Assembly: GCA_951406725.2 (NCBI GenBank)
Contig: OX597828.1
Span: 54,994,001 to 55,058,000 of the forward strand
Reading direction: 5' to 3'
Origin: Octopus vulgaris
Lineage: Eukaryota
DNA: 64,000 bases
The translations under genes were made by a program, and so were the position numbers. Numbering within the stretch: position 1 is the stretch's first letter; every line of letters starts with the position of its first letter. The notes under the pieces are model-generated. The model saw nothing but the letters and a program-made list of their open reading frames with translations. It was not told the DNA's origin and searched no databases. Positions 40,245 through 54,225 of this stretch are shown here, one piece after another.

Positions 40245-40400
40245 TTCTGTGTGGTAAGAAGCATGATTCCCAACGGCATGATTCCGTGTTCAGTCCCACT
40301 GTGTGGCACGTTGGATAAGCGTCTTCTAGGATAGCCCCGGGTGACCAAAGCCTTGTGAGTGGATTTAGTAGACAGAAATTGAAAGAAGCCCATTGTATAC
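40245..40400 (+). mobile_element. SINE family A, 5' half
   Basis: Family match. Confidence 0.8.
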
Positions 40401-40415
40401 ACACTACACTCACAC

Positions 40416-40448
<33 letters not shown>

Positions 40449-40449
40449 G

Positions 40450-40485
<36 letters not shown>

Positions 40486-40804
40486 AAAATTTCAGGCCTT
40501 GTGCCTTTAGTAGAAAGAACTATTAGGAATGAGGAAGAGGCTGTTAGCTGGCAGAATCGTTAGCACGCTGGGCAAAATGCTTTGCGGTATTTCATCCGTC
40601 CTTGCGTTCTGGGTTCAAATTCCGCCGAGGTCGAGTTTGCCTTTTATCCTCTAAGAGTCGATTAAATAAAAACCAGTTGAGGACTGGGGTCGATATAATT
40701 GACTAAACCCCTTCCCCAAAATTCCAGGCCTTGTGCCTATAGTAGAAATGAGTATTAGGAACGAGACACATTTGAATCCAAAGAATCAGTCTTCGGTGAT
40801 GTAT
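40486..40804 (+). repeat. Left arm of a about 320-bp local inverted duplication (SINE B plus unique flank)
   Basis: Near-identical reverse complement of 42823-43139. Confidence 0.9.
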
Positions 40805-40881
40805 CACTCCGAAAGGCAGGAGTTTAGTCAGTTAAACTTGACTGATACTTTATTTTAGGATGAGCGTTCATCCTAATATAT

Positions 40882-41040
40882 ATTTCTTTACTACCCATAA
40901 GGAGCTAAACACAGAGGGGACAAACAAGGAGAGACAAACGGATTAAGTCGATTACATCGACCCCAGTGCGTAACTGGTACTTAATTTATCGACCCCGAAA
41001 GGATGAAAGGCAAAGTCGACCTCGGCGGAATTTGAACTCG
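40882..41040 (-). mobile_element. SINE family B, 3' part
   Basis: Family match. Confidence 0.85.
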
Positions 41041-41925
41041 GGAAGGACGAAAGACAAAATTTGCTTTGGTGAGATTTGAACACATGCTGTTCTCTGTTAG
41101 GAAATCTACCTGAGTTTGAACCTATTTTTTGTGGAATTTCCCCACTTAAACAAAAAAAAAAAAACTCTTTAAAGTAGGCGAAAGGATTCTATTTTTTTTT
41201 CTTTTTTCTTTTTTCTTAATAGTAAGACGCCTTCTTCAAGTAAAATATATATAAAAAAAAAGAAAGTAGTTAAAAAACGATTAAGCAGAAGATTAAGCTA
41301 AGCTACCGTATATTTTCTGAATGAATTCAGCAAAAAGATAAGAAAGGGAGGGAAAGCGATAAAGGTGTGGGAACTGAAGAAAGAAAGAAAGAAAGAAAGG
41401 TGTGTAAGGTAAAGACAGACAGGCAGACAGACAAAGGTGTGGAAATTGAAGAGACAGAGAGAAAGATGTGGATATTGAAGAGAGAACAAGAAAGAGAGAG
41501 AGAGAGAGCAAAGATCTTCCTCTATACTCAAGATCCACCTACTTCTTTTATCCTTGCCTAACGAACGAGACGCAAATAAAAACAGAAATGAAATACAATA
41601 AATAGCAAAGAAAGTCTTGTGCACCTGAACACTATACGGGTATCTTTTATTTTCTCTCTTATAACCCAGACATGAGTAAACAGTATACTTTTTTCTATTA
41701 TTTTGGCTTCTCTGTCTGTCTGCCTCAGCACCTTCCTCCCTCCTTCCCTCTATCTCTATCTCACCCCTCTCTGTCTCTCTCTTTCTCTCTTTCTTTCTCT
41801 CTCTCTTTCTCTCTTTCTTTCTCTCTCTCTTTCTCTCTCTCTCCATTCATGACTTCCAAACGATAATTCAAGAAAATATCACAGTCCGGGTGGTTCGTAA
41901 GTTCTAGAAAAATAAAATGCACACA

Positions 41926-41965
<40 letters not shown>

Positions 41966-42241
41966 CATAAATCAGAAACGGATAATGCTTGAACACCAAG
42001 AACACCAACATCGAAGAAGCCACCACAATATATAGTTTCACGTTATGTAGTTAAATAAATATACCTTCACATCCTACTTTCCCGCTTTAAAGAAAGGACT
42101 AGAAGTTCACGGCTGAGACCTGCTTAATCTGAACAGGCCTGGGGCTAAACAACAATAACGAAAGTAACAACAAGAATTTTAATAACAAAGCTGAACAAAA
42201 CAGGAGACAGAAGAACAATAAATCAATCGAGTGGCTTTGTA

Positions 42242-42660
42242 GGCGCAGGAGTGGCTGTGAGGTAAGTAGCTTGCTCGCCAATCACATGGTTCCGGGTTCA
42301 GTCCCACTGCGTGGCACCTTGGGCAAGTGTCTTCTACTATAGCCTCGGGCCGACCAAATCCTTGTGAGTGGATTTGGTAGAAGGAAACTGGAAGAAGCCT
42401 GTCGTATATATGTATATGTATATATATATATGTATGTGTGTGTTTGTGTGTCTGTGTTTGTCCCCCCCTCCCAACATCGCTTGACAACCGATGCTGGTGT
42501 GTTTATGTCCCTGTAACTTAGCGGTTCGGCAAAAGAGACCGATAGAATAAGTACCAGGCTTGCAAAGAATATGTCCTGGGGTCGATTTGGTGGACTAAAG
42601 GCGGTGCTCCAGCATGGCCGCAGTCAAATGACTAAAACAAGTAAAAGAGTAAAAGAGAGT
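42242..42660 (+). mobile_element. SINE family A, full length
   Basis: tRNA-like head, (TA/TG)n middle, (gtaaaaga)n tail. Confidence 0.92.
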
Positions 42661-42869
42661 AATACAATAAACAAGATTTAATTATGTGTATTTTTAAAAA
42701 TCTTTTATTTTAATTTATTTGGATTGTGTTTTGAAAGAATCGATATCGTCTATCACTCAGTCAGGCCCCTGTATTTATTCTCTCTTTCTCCCTCCCTCTC
42801 CCCTCTCCTGCCTTTTGTAGTCATACATCACCGAAGACTGATTCTTTGGATTCAAATGTGTCTCGTTCC

Positions 42870-43325
42870 TAATAGTCCTTTCTACTATAGGCACAAGGCC
42901 TGGAATTTTGGGGAAGGGGGTTAGTCGATTATATCGACCCCAGTCCTCAACTGGTTTTTATTTAATCGACTCTTAGAGGATAAAAGGCAAACTCGACCTC
43001 GGCGGAATTTGAACCCAGAACGCAAGGACGGATGAAATACCGCAAAGCATTTTGCCCAGCGTGCTAACGATTCTGCCAGCTCACAGCCTTCCTCATTCCT
43101 AATAATTCTTTCTACTAAAGGCACAAGGCCTGACATTTTGGGGGAGGGGTTAAGTCGATTACATCAACTCCAGTGTCTCACTGGTACACAATTTATCGAC
43201 CCCCAAAGGATAAAAGGCAAAATGAACCTCGGCGGAATTTGAACTCAGATCGTGAAAACGGACGAAATGCCGGTAAGCATTCTCCCCCCCCCCCCCCAGC
43301 GTGCTTACAATTCTGCCAGCTAACA
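42870..43325 (-). mobile_element. Two tandem SINE family B copies
   Basis: Family match; includes the right arm of the inverted duplication. Confidence 0.85.
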
Positions 43326-43359
43326 GCTTCTTCCTCATTCCTAATAATAACATCTATCA

Positions 43360-43790
43360 AGGCAGCGAGCTGGCAGAACCGTTAGCATGCCGGGTGAAAT
43401 GCGTGGCCGTATTTCGTCTGCCGTCACGTTCTGAGTTCAAATTTCGCCGAGGTCGACTGGGCTTTCATCCTTTCGGGGTCGATTAAATAAGTACCAGTTA
43501 CGCACTGGGGTCGATATAATCGTCTTAATCCGTTTGTCTGTCCTTGTTTACTCCCTCTGTGTGTAGCCCCTTGTGGGCAGTAAAGAAATAAGAAACGTTA
43601 GCACGCCGGGCGAAATGCATAGAGGTTTTCAGCCTGTCTTTATGTTCTGAGTTCAAATTCAGCCGATGTCGACTTTGCCTTTCAGCCTTTCGGGTTCGAT
43701 AAAGGAAGTGCCAGCTGCGTACTGTGATCGATCTAATCGACTGACCACCTCCCCCAAAATTTCGGGCCTTTTACCTAGAGTAGAAAAGGA
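43360..43790 (+). mobile_element. Dimeric SINE family B
   Basis: TSD ataacatctat on both sides. Confidence 0.85.
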
Positions 43791-44208
43791 TAACATCTAT
43801 TAACTCTCTCTCTCTCTCTCTCTCCCTCTCTCTCGCTCTCTCTCTCTCATAAGCATTGTGAAACAAAGTTTGCTATTAGTGACATCATGGGAACCTGTAC
43901 CCATAATATAGTCCTTCGACTTGCATGAAATAACAGTCATAATTCCTTCAAATCACCACATCCTACTCTCTTAAAACGAAAACAAAAAACATATTGTACA
44001 GTGTAGTCTTAGATACAAAATGCCTTTAGAAAAGACGAGGTGGTTACGGTTGGGACGCTTTTAATAATTGTTCTGAATGAAAAGGGTTGAGAACAACCAC
44101 CACAGCACCAACAATCAACCAGTAATTGAGTTATTGAAAGAGAATAATTTAGAAATACAAAGAAAATCAAATTTTTCAGTTTTCAGCATCTGACAATGTT
44201 TACATGCA

Positions 44209-44240
<32 letters not shown>

Positions 44241-44241
44241 C

Positions 44242-44315
<74 letters not shown>

Positions 44316-44442
44316 CAATGGTTGCCATGTAATCCAAATGGAAGCCATTGCTGCTTGTGAGGTTTGTATTAAGTTGCAGCCAAAATAGGTTCTGTAAAAT
44401 GCGAAAAAAAAAAAAAAATAAGGGTGGGGGAAATATGGTATA

Positions 44443-44775
44443 ATTGTAAAAGGGTAATACCCCATTCGGTCATAAATGACCATGGGGTGCTCCTAGAATG
44501 TCCCCTTTCCGAGGCACAAGTCCAGGCAAAGTTGTTTACGGAAGACCAGCAGTCGCCCATGCATACCAACCTCACCTCTCCACGCCACCGATGTTATCCA
44601 AGAGAAAGGCAAAGGGGCCAATACAGCTTGGCACCAGTGACATCACGATTCATTACTACAGCTGAGTGAACTGGAGGAATGTGAAATGATGTGTCTTGCT
44701 CAAGAACACAACACGCAACCCGGTCAGGGAATCGAACACGCTACCTCATGACTGTGAGCCCGACGCTCTGACCAC
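44443..44775 (-). mobile_element. SINE family C (tRNA head plus CORE-like segment)
   Basis: Matches 1208-1433; shares gtgt.cttgagcaagacac with family F. Confidence 0.85.
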
Positions 44776-44865
44776 CATACTCCATAAGGGAAGAAACTTT
44801 GGCAGTTAGAATGTGTTCTTTTAGGTTCTTGTTTTCACAAAAGGATTCTGGATGAAATAGTTTAA

Positions 44866-45086
44866 CCCTTTCGTTACCCTATTTCTGTTAAGATGCCCTG
44901 TGTGTCTTTTAATTACTTTAAATATAACAAAGAATTTAGTAAAATAACTTAGTTATCTTTCAGCTAGTGTTAGGAACACAAACTGTGACTAAGGTTTGGT
45001 GGATGATTTTAATTCAAACCTTATGAAAATAAGACATTTGTATTACAGAGCCAGAGCCGGTTTCAGCCGTGTTGGTATCAAAAGGA
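44866..45086. mobile_element. piggyBac-type MITE
   Basis: TTAA|CCCTTTCGTTACC ... GGTATCAAAAGGA|TTAT. Confidence 0.7.
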
Positions 45087-45559
45087 TTATAGTTTTCTTG
45101 AAGCCTAACCACTGTACTTCACGTTTTGGTTGTTAAAAATTGTCTATTCCCAGTTAAGACCTCTACTAAATAATATTCTCAAATTTTTGTGATTATGTGA
45201 AAATGTAGCTCATTTATGTGAATCTGGTGAGAAAGATGTGACTCACATGCTCAGTATCTACACGAAAGTGCTAGCCAGGATAATTTGACTCTCTGTGAGG
45301 TATGACAGACAGCACAGCAAGAACTAGATACAAACAAGGTCATTGGTAAGGAGGAGAAAGACAGATTTGATAAAACCATATGCAATAACACCAAGCACGA
45401 CTGCGAAAAACAACGAATAATGACGGAATATTTCTATCACAAAGAAGTAACAAGTATCTTATTAAATGAATAACATCAACAATATTATTGTTGTTCAGGA
45501 CTAAGATAAAATAAAACGAAACGCCAACATAGTTGCAATAACATAGAAAGAAATACATA

Positions 45560-45851
45560 GAAGCACATGGCCTAGTGCTTAGAGCAGCGGACCTCGCGGT
45601 CAAGGGATCGCGGGTTCGAATCTCAGACCGGGAATGTGCGTGTTTATGAGAGAAACACCCAAGCTCCACGCAGCCTCGGAAGAAGGTAATGGCAAACCTT
45701 TGCTGACTCTTTCGCCACAATTTTCTCTTACTCCTGTATCTAACAGCTCACCTGCGACGGATCGGCGTCCAGGTGGGGAATCTATAAGCCAATGAAACCG
45801 GGAAACCGGCCATTATGAGCCAAACAGGGTTCGAGAAGGAACAAACAACAC
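45560..45851 (+). mobile_element. SINE family E
   Basis: 13-bp TSD AAAGAAATACATA (45547-59 / 45852-64). Confidence 0.9.
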
Positions 45852-46613
45852 AAAGAAATACATACTGATTTCAAATTTTGGCACAAAGCCAGCAATTTCG
45901 GTGGAGCGGGTTAGTTGATTACCGCGATTCCAGAGTTCAACTAGTACTTATTTTATATCGATCCCCGAAAGGAATGAAAGGCAAAGTCGACTTCGGTGGA
46001 CTTTGAACTTAGAACGTGGAAATCATTATATTTTGTACATTTTCATTTGTCTTGCTCGCTTGCGTTCTGGCGTTTGCTGAATTTTCTTGAGAACAATCTT
46101 TTCTTCGTGGTCAGACCTTATGGGGTCTCCTTCTAGCATATTCGATGTCTACTTAGTGGCCATCCCTCTTATATGTATGTAATATAATTTTTCTGAATCT
46201 TCAGATTTTGTCAATATGCTGGGCCATTGGTTTAAATTGATATTAATCAAATTAATATTAAATTTTTACTCGTATTATATATATACGTAAGACATAAATG
46301 ACTGTCATTTATGTCTTACGTATTTATCGCTGACGAGGAGAAAATTCTTATGAATTAACTCTGGAATTAGGGCCAATACGGTAATAACTGAATTTTTTAG
46401 AAATTTCTGTCGGCTAGTTTCGGGACGCATGTTAATAGTGATAAATTATAATGGTTTTTGACAATTTATCTATTTTCGGCATATTTGGTATTAGAATTTT
46501 TTTCTTTTGCCCTTGTTTTATAAATTATTTATAAATTTAACCTTTAAAGGTATTTTTTAATATGCTGGCCATTGATAAAAATATTTTCGAAAAATTTTAT
46601 CCTATATTAGATG

Positions 46614-46655
<42 letters not shown>

Positions 46656-46721
46656 ATTAGAGATAAAACTACTATTAGGCAAATCAGTGAAAATCATAAG
46701 CCAATACTCCCTAATATTATT

Positions 46722-46870
<149 letters not shown>

Positions 46871-47199
46871 ATATATGTATATATACACACACGCACAACA
46901 TAATATTTATAAACAAACCCGAAAGGACTTGTAAGTGACTAAGTTCGATCAACTCCCCAAAACACCCAACTGTGGAACAAGCGGATGAAGGTTACACATG
47001 ACGGACATGCTGCAAATTATCGCTTCAAATCGGAGAATAGATATTATTATGATGTATTATTATACAGCCATATGTGTGTGTGTGTCTGTGTGTGCATACA
47101 TATATATGTATACATGTATATATATATATACAAAGTGTATATATGTATATATATATATGTACTTGTACATATATATACGAATACCTCTATCTATCTATC

Positions 47200-47253
<54 letters not shown>

Positions 47254-47346
47254 TTATCTATCTATCTATCTGTCTGTCTGTCTATCTATTTCTCTCTCTC
47301 TCTCTCTCTCTCTTTCTATAACACACACACACACACACACATATAC

Positions 47347-47380
<34 letters not shown>

Positions 47381-47707
47381 ATATATATATATATATGTGT
47401 ATATATATATATTTATATATATATATATAGATATATATATATATACAAACTTGGACAGGAACGCAAATCACCCAGAAGACGGTACAAAAAGCACGGACGG
47501 GTCATTCGTAGCCTTTAATCTTCAGTTAGGAGCCGGATCATCCTCGCAATTTCAGCTGGTATATATATATATATAAAGCAGTATATGTGTATATATATAA
47601 ATATACATGCGTGTGTCTGTGTGCATATGTGTGTGATTGTCTATGTATGTATGGATATATATGCGTTTGTATAAAATATAAGTAAACTAAGTCCGACGAG
47701 TCTTAAA

Positions 47708-48029
47708 AGACTCCGCCGGTTACGACGACGAGGGTCCCAGCTGATACGATCAACGGAACAGCTTGCTCGTGAAATTAACGTGCAAATGGCTGAGCATTCC
47801 ACAGACACGTGTACCCTTAACGTAGTTCTCGGGGATAATCAGCGTGACACAGAGAGTGACAAGGCTGACCCTTTGAAATACAAGTACAACTCATTTTTGC
47901 CAGCTGAGTGGACAGGAGCAAGGTGAAATAAAGTGTCTTGCTCAAGGACACAACGCGTCGCCGGGAATCGAACTCACAACCTTACGATCATGAGCCGAAT
48001 GCCCTAACCACTAAGCCACGCGCCCTCAC
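47708..48029 (-). mobile_element. Young SINE family F, full length
   Basis: 15-bp TSD CCGACGAGTCTTAAA (47693-707 / 48030-44); almost identical to 58577-58897. Confidence 0.95.
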
Positions 48030-48191
48030 CCGACGAGTCTTAAACAAAAGAAGTAAGCACTCAATTCGAACCTCTTTTCAAGAGGGCGATGTCCTTGCGC
48101 TTTGTCCTCTGTGACTACTTTTATACATAGAAGCACTCGCACGCCACATGCAAATATGCAAATGTATGTGTGTTTTGTGTTTATGTGTATG

Positions 48192-48279
<88 letters not shown>

Positions 48280-48347
48280 CACATACATACATGTATACAT
48301 ATATACGTATATACATAAATGTATACACACATACATACTTATATGCA

Positions 48348-48414
<67 letters not shown>

Positions 48415-48996
48415 ATGATACAAGTGTGAATGTGTACAGGTACTCAGACGCATACACATGTTCGTATCGTCTGGGTTGTTCCATTATATTTTTCATTTTT
48501 AAACATTCAAGAAAGTTCTATGCCCTTTTCATGTTGTCTGACTTTTTGTTCTTCTTTTGTATTTTTGTTTTCTTTGCCAATTTGCAGCAGACAACAGCAG
48601 AGCTGTGTTAAATTGAATTGATGTGAAGACTTAAAAAGCTGACTGAATATTACCGAATGTATTTTATACTGTGCTGAAGCATGGAGAAGATCGCTGCATG
48701 TTTGCCTTTTAGATTATTTAATGCACCATGCGTAATATCCAGTGGTGGTGTTTTGGTATATTTTCAGTGAATTAGTCACACCTAAATGCAGTCACGCTAT
48801 ATTTTTTTTTATTATAAGGTGTGATCTTTTACCGATGTAATTATAAAAGGTTTAAACTTTTTATAAAGGCGCGGGGAGAATGTTGGTGTAGGTTTGATGG
48901 TTGGCCAAAAGAATTGAAAGATATACAACAAAAGAAATATATAGTTCTTTCATTATTTTTTCAATTATAAATGCGTATATATATACATACACACAC

Positions 48997-49115
<119 letters not shown>

Positions 49116-49136
49116 TGTATGTATATATATATATAT

Positions 49137-49179
<43 letters not shown>

Positions 49180-49587
49180 TATCCACAGACATGCATGTAT
49201 AGATGCCATGCACACACACATTTACATATATCTACAGACATATGCATGCGGATATATATATGTTTTTGTATGAATGTATATCCATGCATATATGCATATG
49301 TATAAGGTGACACTTCTTAAATAATGTAATTTCTTTTCAATCTATTTTTTTTCTTTCTTTCTTTTTGTGTATCTGTTTTATTATTTTTTTCAGTTTAAGT
49401 GCAAACTATCAGCCATGTTTCGAGAGGCCATACAGTGACTGACATAAACAGGAAGCAAAGCAGTCTATAACAAAGAAATAAAATAAAAAATAAATAAATT
49501 TAAAAAAATTAGAAATTGAAGTAAAATCATTCAACTACTGTTAAATTGATAAAAGCATGAAATCGGGCAATTTCATAGATTATTTAT

Positions 49588-49649
<62 letters not shown>

Positions 49650-49696
49650 ACATACACCCACACACCTGCATTTATGTATATATGTATGTGTGCGTG

Positions 49697-49742
<46 letters not shown>

Positions 49743-49802
49743 TTACTGGCGGTACCCCAGCATGGCCACAGCCTTAGGACTTAAACATATAAGAATCTAT
49801 AC

Positions 49803-50019
49803 TCTTTACTCTTTTACTCTTTTACTTGTTTCAGTCATTCGACTGCGGCCATGCTGGAGCACCGCATTTAGTCGAGCAAATCGACCCCGGGACTTATTCT
49901 TTGTAAGCCACGTACTTATTCTATCGGTCTCTTTTGCCGAACCGCTAAGTGACGGGGACGTAAACACACCAGCATCGGTTGTCAAGCAATGCATGGGGGA
50001 CAAACACAAACACACATAC

Positions 50020-50064
<45 letters not shown>

Positions 50065-50304
50065 GACAGGCTTCTTTCAGTTTCCCTCTACCAAATCCAC
50101 TCACAAGGCATTGGTCGGCTCGGGGCTATAGCAGAAGACACTTGCCCAAGATGCCATGCAGTGGGACTGAACCGAACCATGTGGTTGGAGCAACTACACA
50201 ACACACCCTATGCTCTACAGGATGTCTGTCATCAAGCAGTCAGGGACTGAACCCGGAACCATGTGGTTGGTTAGCAAGCTACTTACCACACAGCCACTCC
50301 TGCG

Positions 50305-50307
<3 letters not shown>
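49803..50307 (-). mobile_element. SINE family A with a duplicated head segment
   Basis: Family match; gggactgaacc.gaaccatgtggttgg occurs twice. Confidence 0.85.
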
Positions 50308-50372
<65 letters not shown>

Positions 50373-50373
50373 C

Positions 50374-50419
<46 letters not shown>

Positions 50420-50420
<1 letters not shown>

Positions 50421-50720
50421 CGATGAACATCGCCCTTTTCAAGCGTAGCCAGGCCCATGGGTCCGGTTTCCCAGTTTCTGTGGCGTATGTGTTCCCTCCA
50501 AGCTGGACGGGACGCCAGTCCATCGCAGCGTTACTCAAGAAACAGGAAGAGAGGGAGAGAGAGTGAGAGAAAGTTGTGGCGAAAGAGTACAACAGGGGTC
50601 GCCACCACCCCCTGCCGGAGCCTCGTGGAGCTTTTAGGTGTTTTCGCTCAAAAACACACACATCGCCCGGTCTGGGAATCGAAACCGCGATGCTCCGACC
50701 GCGAGTCCGCTGCCCTAACT
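50420..50720 (-). mobile_element. SINE family E variant
   Basis: Reverse complement of the element at 62255-62570. Confidence 0.85.
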
Positions 50721-50755
50721 AGATACATGCTAACATACATACATACATACATACA

Positions 50756-50787
<32 letters not shown>

Positions 50788-50904
50788 GTCCTCTAAGGAT
50801 TCTTAAGTTGGAAAATATATGCTCTCATGTATTTGTCACTAGAGTGAGTTTATATGGTAAGTATATAGACCAAAGTATACAGTATCACAGATACATTTCC
50901 ACCG

Positions 50905-50981
50905 ATCTTACAAATCTGTTTCACATTGGGTATTTGATAACTGGAAGAACAGTTAACTAAATACACTTGCTCTTCAGAGAT
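50905..50981 (-). ncRNA. Type I hammerhead ribozyme motif
   Basis: Minus strand: ATCT-CTGAAGA-GCA..TGT-GAAAC-AGATTT-GTA^AGAT. Confidence 0.7.
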
Positions 50982-52000
50982 GACAGGTACGAAATAAATA
51001 TATTGTGACTTCTCACTATTATGGATTGCATGAAAATGTCACACGCAGTTTGTAGGTACTGGAATAAACAGGAAACGAAGTCCAAGTAGATAACTGATTA
51101 AGAGATTGGTGAAGTGGTGTGTCCCTCGAGTCAGCTGTTAAGTAGCAAGAATATGATGTGGAAAAATGTATGCGGGCGTATACATTTATATATCAGCGTA
51201 TGTATCATCGTCTATATCATCGTATATATCATTTATATATACGATTTATATATATGATGATTTATATATACGATTTATATATACGATGGGATTTATATAT
51301 ATACGATGAGATTTATATATTACGATGAGATTTATATATACGATGAGATTTATATATACGATGAGATTTATATAACTTAGAATAACTTAGAAAGGTTTTG
51401 GCCAGTATTGGCCCAGGCCATGTCTAACTTAATAGCATCGATGATTTATGTATACGATTTATATATACGATGAGACATCGTATATATCATCGTATATATC
51501 ATTTATATATCATCGTATATATCATCGAATATGATGCGGAAAAATTTATGCAGGCGTGGTGATGGTGGTTAAGTTGATATGTGTGTACGATTTGTATATG
51601 TGTAGGCTTTCTTTAGACAAACGTTAAAATTTTTGTAGTCGTGCACCTTGCATAAAGAAGATGCTGCTGGATAGGCCCACACCAGACACAGAAGAAGGAG
51701 GCTCATGCAGAAACAATACCATATTTCCCCTTTACGGCCACTATAACACGGACACAGTTTTATATGAAGCAGTGGTAATATCAAAGGGTTCCAGAAAGCA
51801 GTGAAACATGCAGAAGTATGAGGGCACGAAAGAAGGTCCAGGTTGACTAGTTTTCTTAATCAATAAAAACTCACTTAATAAGCGCTCCTTCAATGTTCTC
51901 TTAAGTTCTCTTTCGATATCCAGAAGAGACGCAGTGTTACAGTTCTGGCTAGACATAGATGGTCGTTCGAGGAAAGCGAAGTGCAAACCTTATTTTTATA
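50982..52000 (-). pseudogene. Heavily decayed Penelope-like GIY-YIG region, interrupted at 51180-51557
   Basis: KRTLKERL and RLSKESLHI...IN remnants upstream of the hammerhead. Confidence 0.5.
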
Positions 52001-52430
52001 GCAGCAGAGAATGCAGAATATGCTCAACCGAGAAACAAATTGTGTTAAAAAATTCTCACCATCCGGATATGTGCCTCAGCGCACATTTTAGCCCGTGTCC
52101 ACATGAGAGAAGGTATATATATTACCTTACCTACACATATTTACATATTTCAGTATATATATGAATATAAATAAGTAACAAAGATGTACGGGTGTCAATT
52201 CATTACGGCCGTTTCAAGGGCCTCCATTTGATTAATCAATGAGAACATTATATCAATTTGAAAGAAACTGCTCTCTTCAGATGACCGCATAGGCATTAAA
52301 CATAAAAGATAAACCGTTTTTATAAATAAATTTACAATAATGGAAGCCAAAATATTTAGATTGCTTCCTATAGTTATCTGTGGCAGAATGAGTTTAGAAA
52401 ATAATGCATACCCTGTTAAGCCTAGTATAA

Positions 52431-52806
52431 TTCTTGAAAAACGCCGCCGCCGTAGTGATCTCATTCTCGCCCACAACATCATAAGCGGAAAGTGTAACCT
52501 CTCGAAAGAGCTGTTCTTCACTCCTGTTCCAGAGCGTCGGCTGCGGGGTCATTCCGAAAAGCTCTACCTGCGACGATTTCATCTCAATCGAAGGAGAGGA
52601 GCTTTCTCCGTCCGGGTTGCGGATCCGTGGAACAAGCTGCCAGACGAGATGGTGAAGATGCCGACGACCGCTTTGTTCAAAGTCTCCCTTGACCTCAAGT
52701 GGCCTGAACTCTTTACATGAACACCATCCTGTACTTAACTCCATGTCCCCCTACATGGCCTTGCTATTTGCTTTTGAGCCAAATTAACTAACTAACTAAC
52801 TAACTA
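52431..52806 (+). mobile_element. CR1-group LINE 3' end, well preserved, with an (AACT)n tail
   Basis: LEKRRRRSDLI...LRGHSEKL...RRGAFSVRVADPWNKLP...FK..LD; short 3'UTR and tandem tail. Confidence 0.9.
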
Positions 52807-53231
52807 ATTTAGAGAGAAGCAGTGGTGGGGGTCAAGATAAAAGAAGTGGTGACGTAGATACTTATACTTAGAAGACTTTATGTAGCATTTAGCCTTCAAC
52901 CATTTAGAATTAAATCCCTGGGGAGTTGTCAACCGCATTCTAGTTGATGGTGATAATTCAATTAAAGTGAGACAATCTACTACACTCTCAACGTACTGGA
53001 ACCATTTATCTAGCTTTATCTACATAAAAGGGTATGTCTCAGAGTTGCTAGTAAGAGAATGACTGATGGAGAAGGGGTGGTCACTGGAAGAAGGAAGGAT
53101 AGCAGTGGCCAATACTTGTTTAGATTATCAAATAAAGGGGAATATAATGAAAAAAAAAAAAAAAGAAAATATGTAATATAAGCTTTAGGGATGGAAATTA
53201 GAATTGAAGGATACGGGAGGTGGTAATTTAT

Positions 53232-53648
53232 ATATTTCTTTATTACCCACAAGGGGCTAAGAATAGAGGGGACAAACAAGGACAGACAAAGGGATTAAGT
53301 CGATTACATCGACTCCAGTATGTAACTGGTACTTAATTTATCGACCCCGAAAGGATGAAAGGCAAAGTCAACCGCGGTGAATTTTGAAGTCACAACGTAA
53401 CGGCAGACGAAATACCTAGTTCTTTATTACCCACAAGGGGCTAAACACAGAGAGGATAAACAAGGACAGACAAACGGATTAAGTCGATTATATCGACCCC
53501 AGTGTGTAACTGGTACTTATTTAATCGACCCCGAAAGGATGAAAGGCAAAGTCGACCTCGGCGGAATTTGAACTCACAACGTAACGCAGACGAAATACCG
53601 CTAGGCATTTCGCCCGGCGTGCTAACGAGTCTGCCAGCTCACTGCCTT
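53232..53648 (-). mobile_element. Dimeric SINE family B
   Basis: Head plus two about 180-bp body units. Confidence 0.9.
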
Positions 53649-54225
53649 TTAAGGTATGGAATATAAGGGGTAATTGAATTAGAGGTCTACTAAATATACA
53701 AGGGAGTACATTCGGAAGCAACACCTAAACCGATTTGGGCAAGTAAACATTTAATGAATATGGCAAGATTAAAAAAAAACACTAAAATAAGGATCCCCAT
53801 ATCCAGTAAATTATATAAAATACGACCTTGTAAAAAAATTATTTATAAATTACAAACACTAGGAAAGTATATGAATGGATATATAAATATATCAATATAA
53901 TTTGTAATTTATATCATAGCTTATAAGATAATCCTTATTTTATTTTATTTTATTTTATTTTGATTTATCTTGACTTTTATCTCCGTTATACCTTTTACAT
54001 CATTCTGTAAGGAAATATTTTGTAGAATTTTATGAAATTTCTTATATTTTTAAATATTTAAAAATATTTTATATTATTAAATGTTCATTATCTATCTACC
54101 CTCTTATGCATTTGTATAGCTTATAAAGAGTTTATAATCTCTTTTCCACAAAACTCACTGTATAATATAATATTATATTTTAGATTTATGATTACACATT
54201 ATGTTTTATAATTTTTTTAATATAT

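Noticed and set aside
41850-41902. GTAAGT donor after a short open frame
   Set aside because: No acceptor or start context; a single hexamer is expected by chance.
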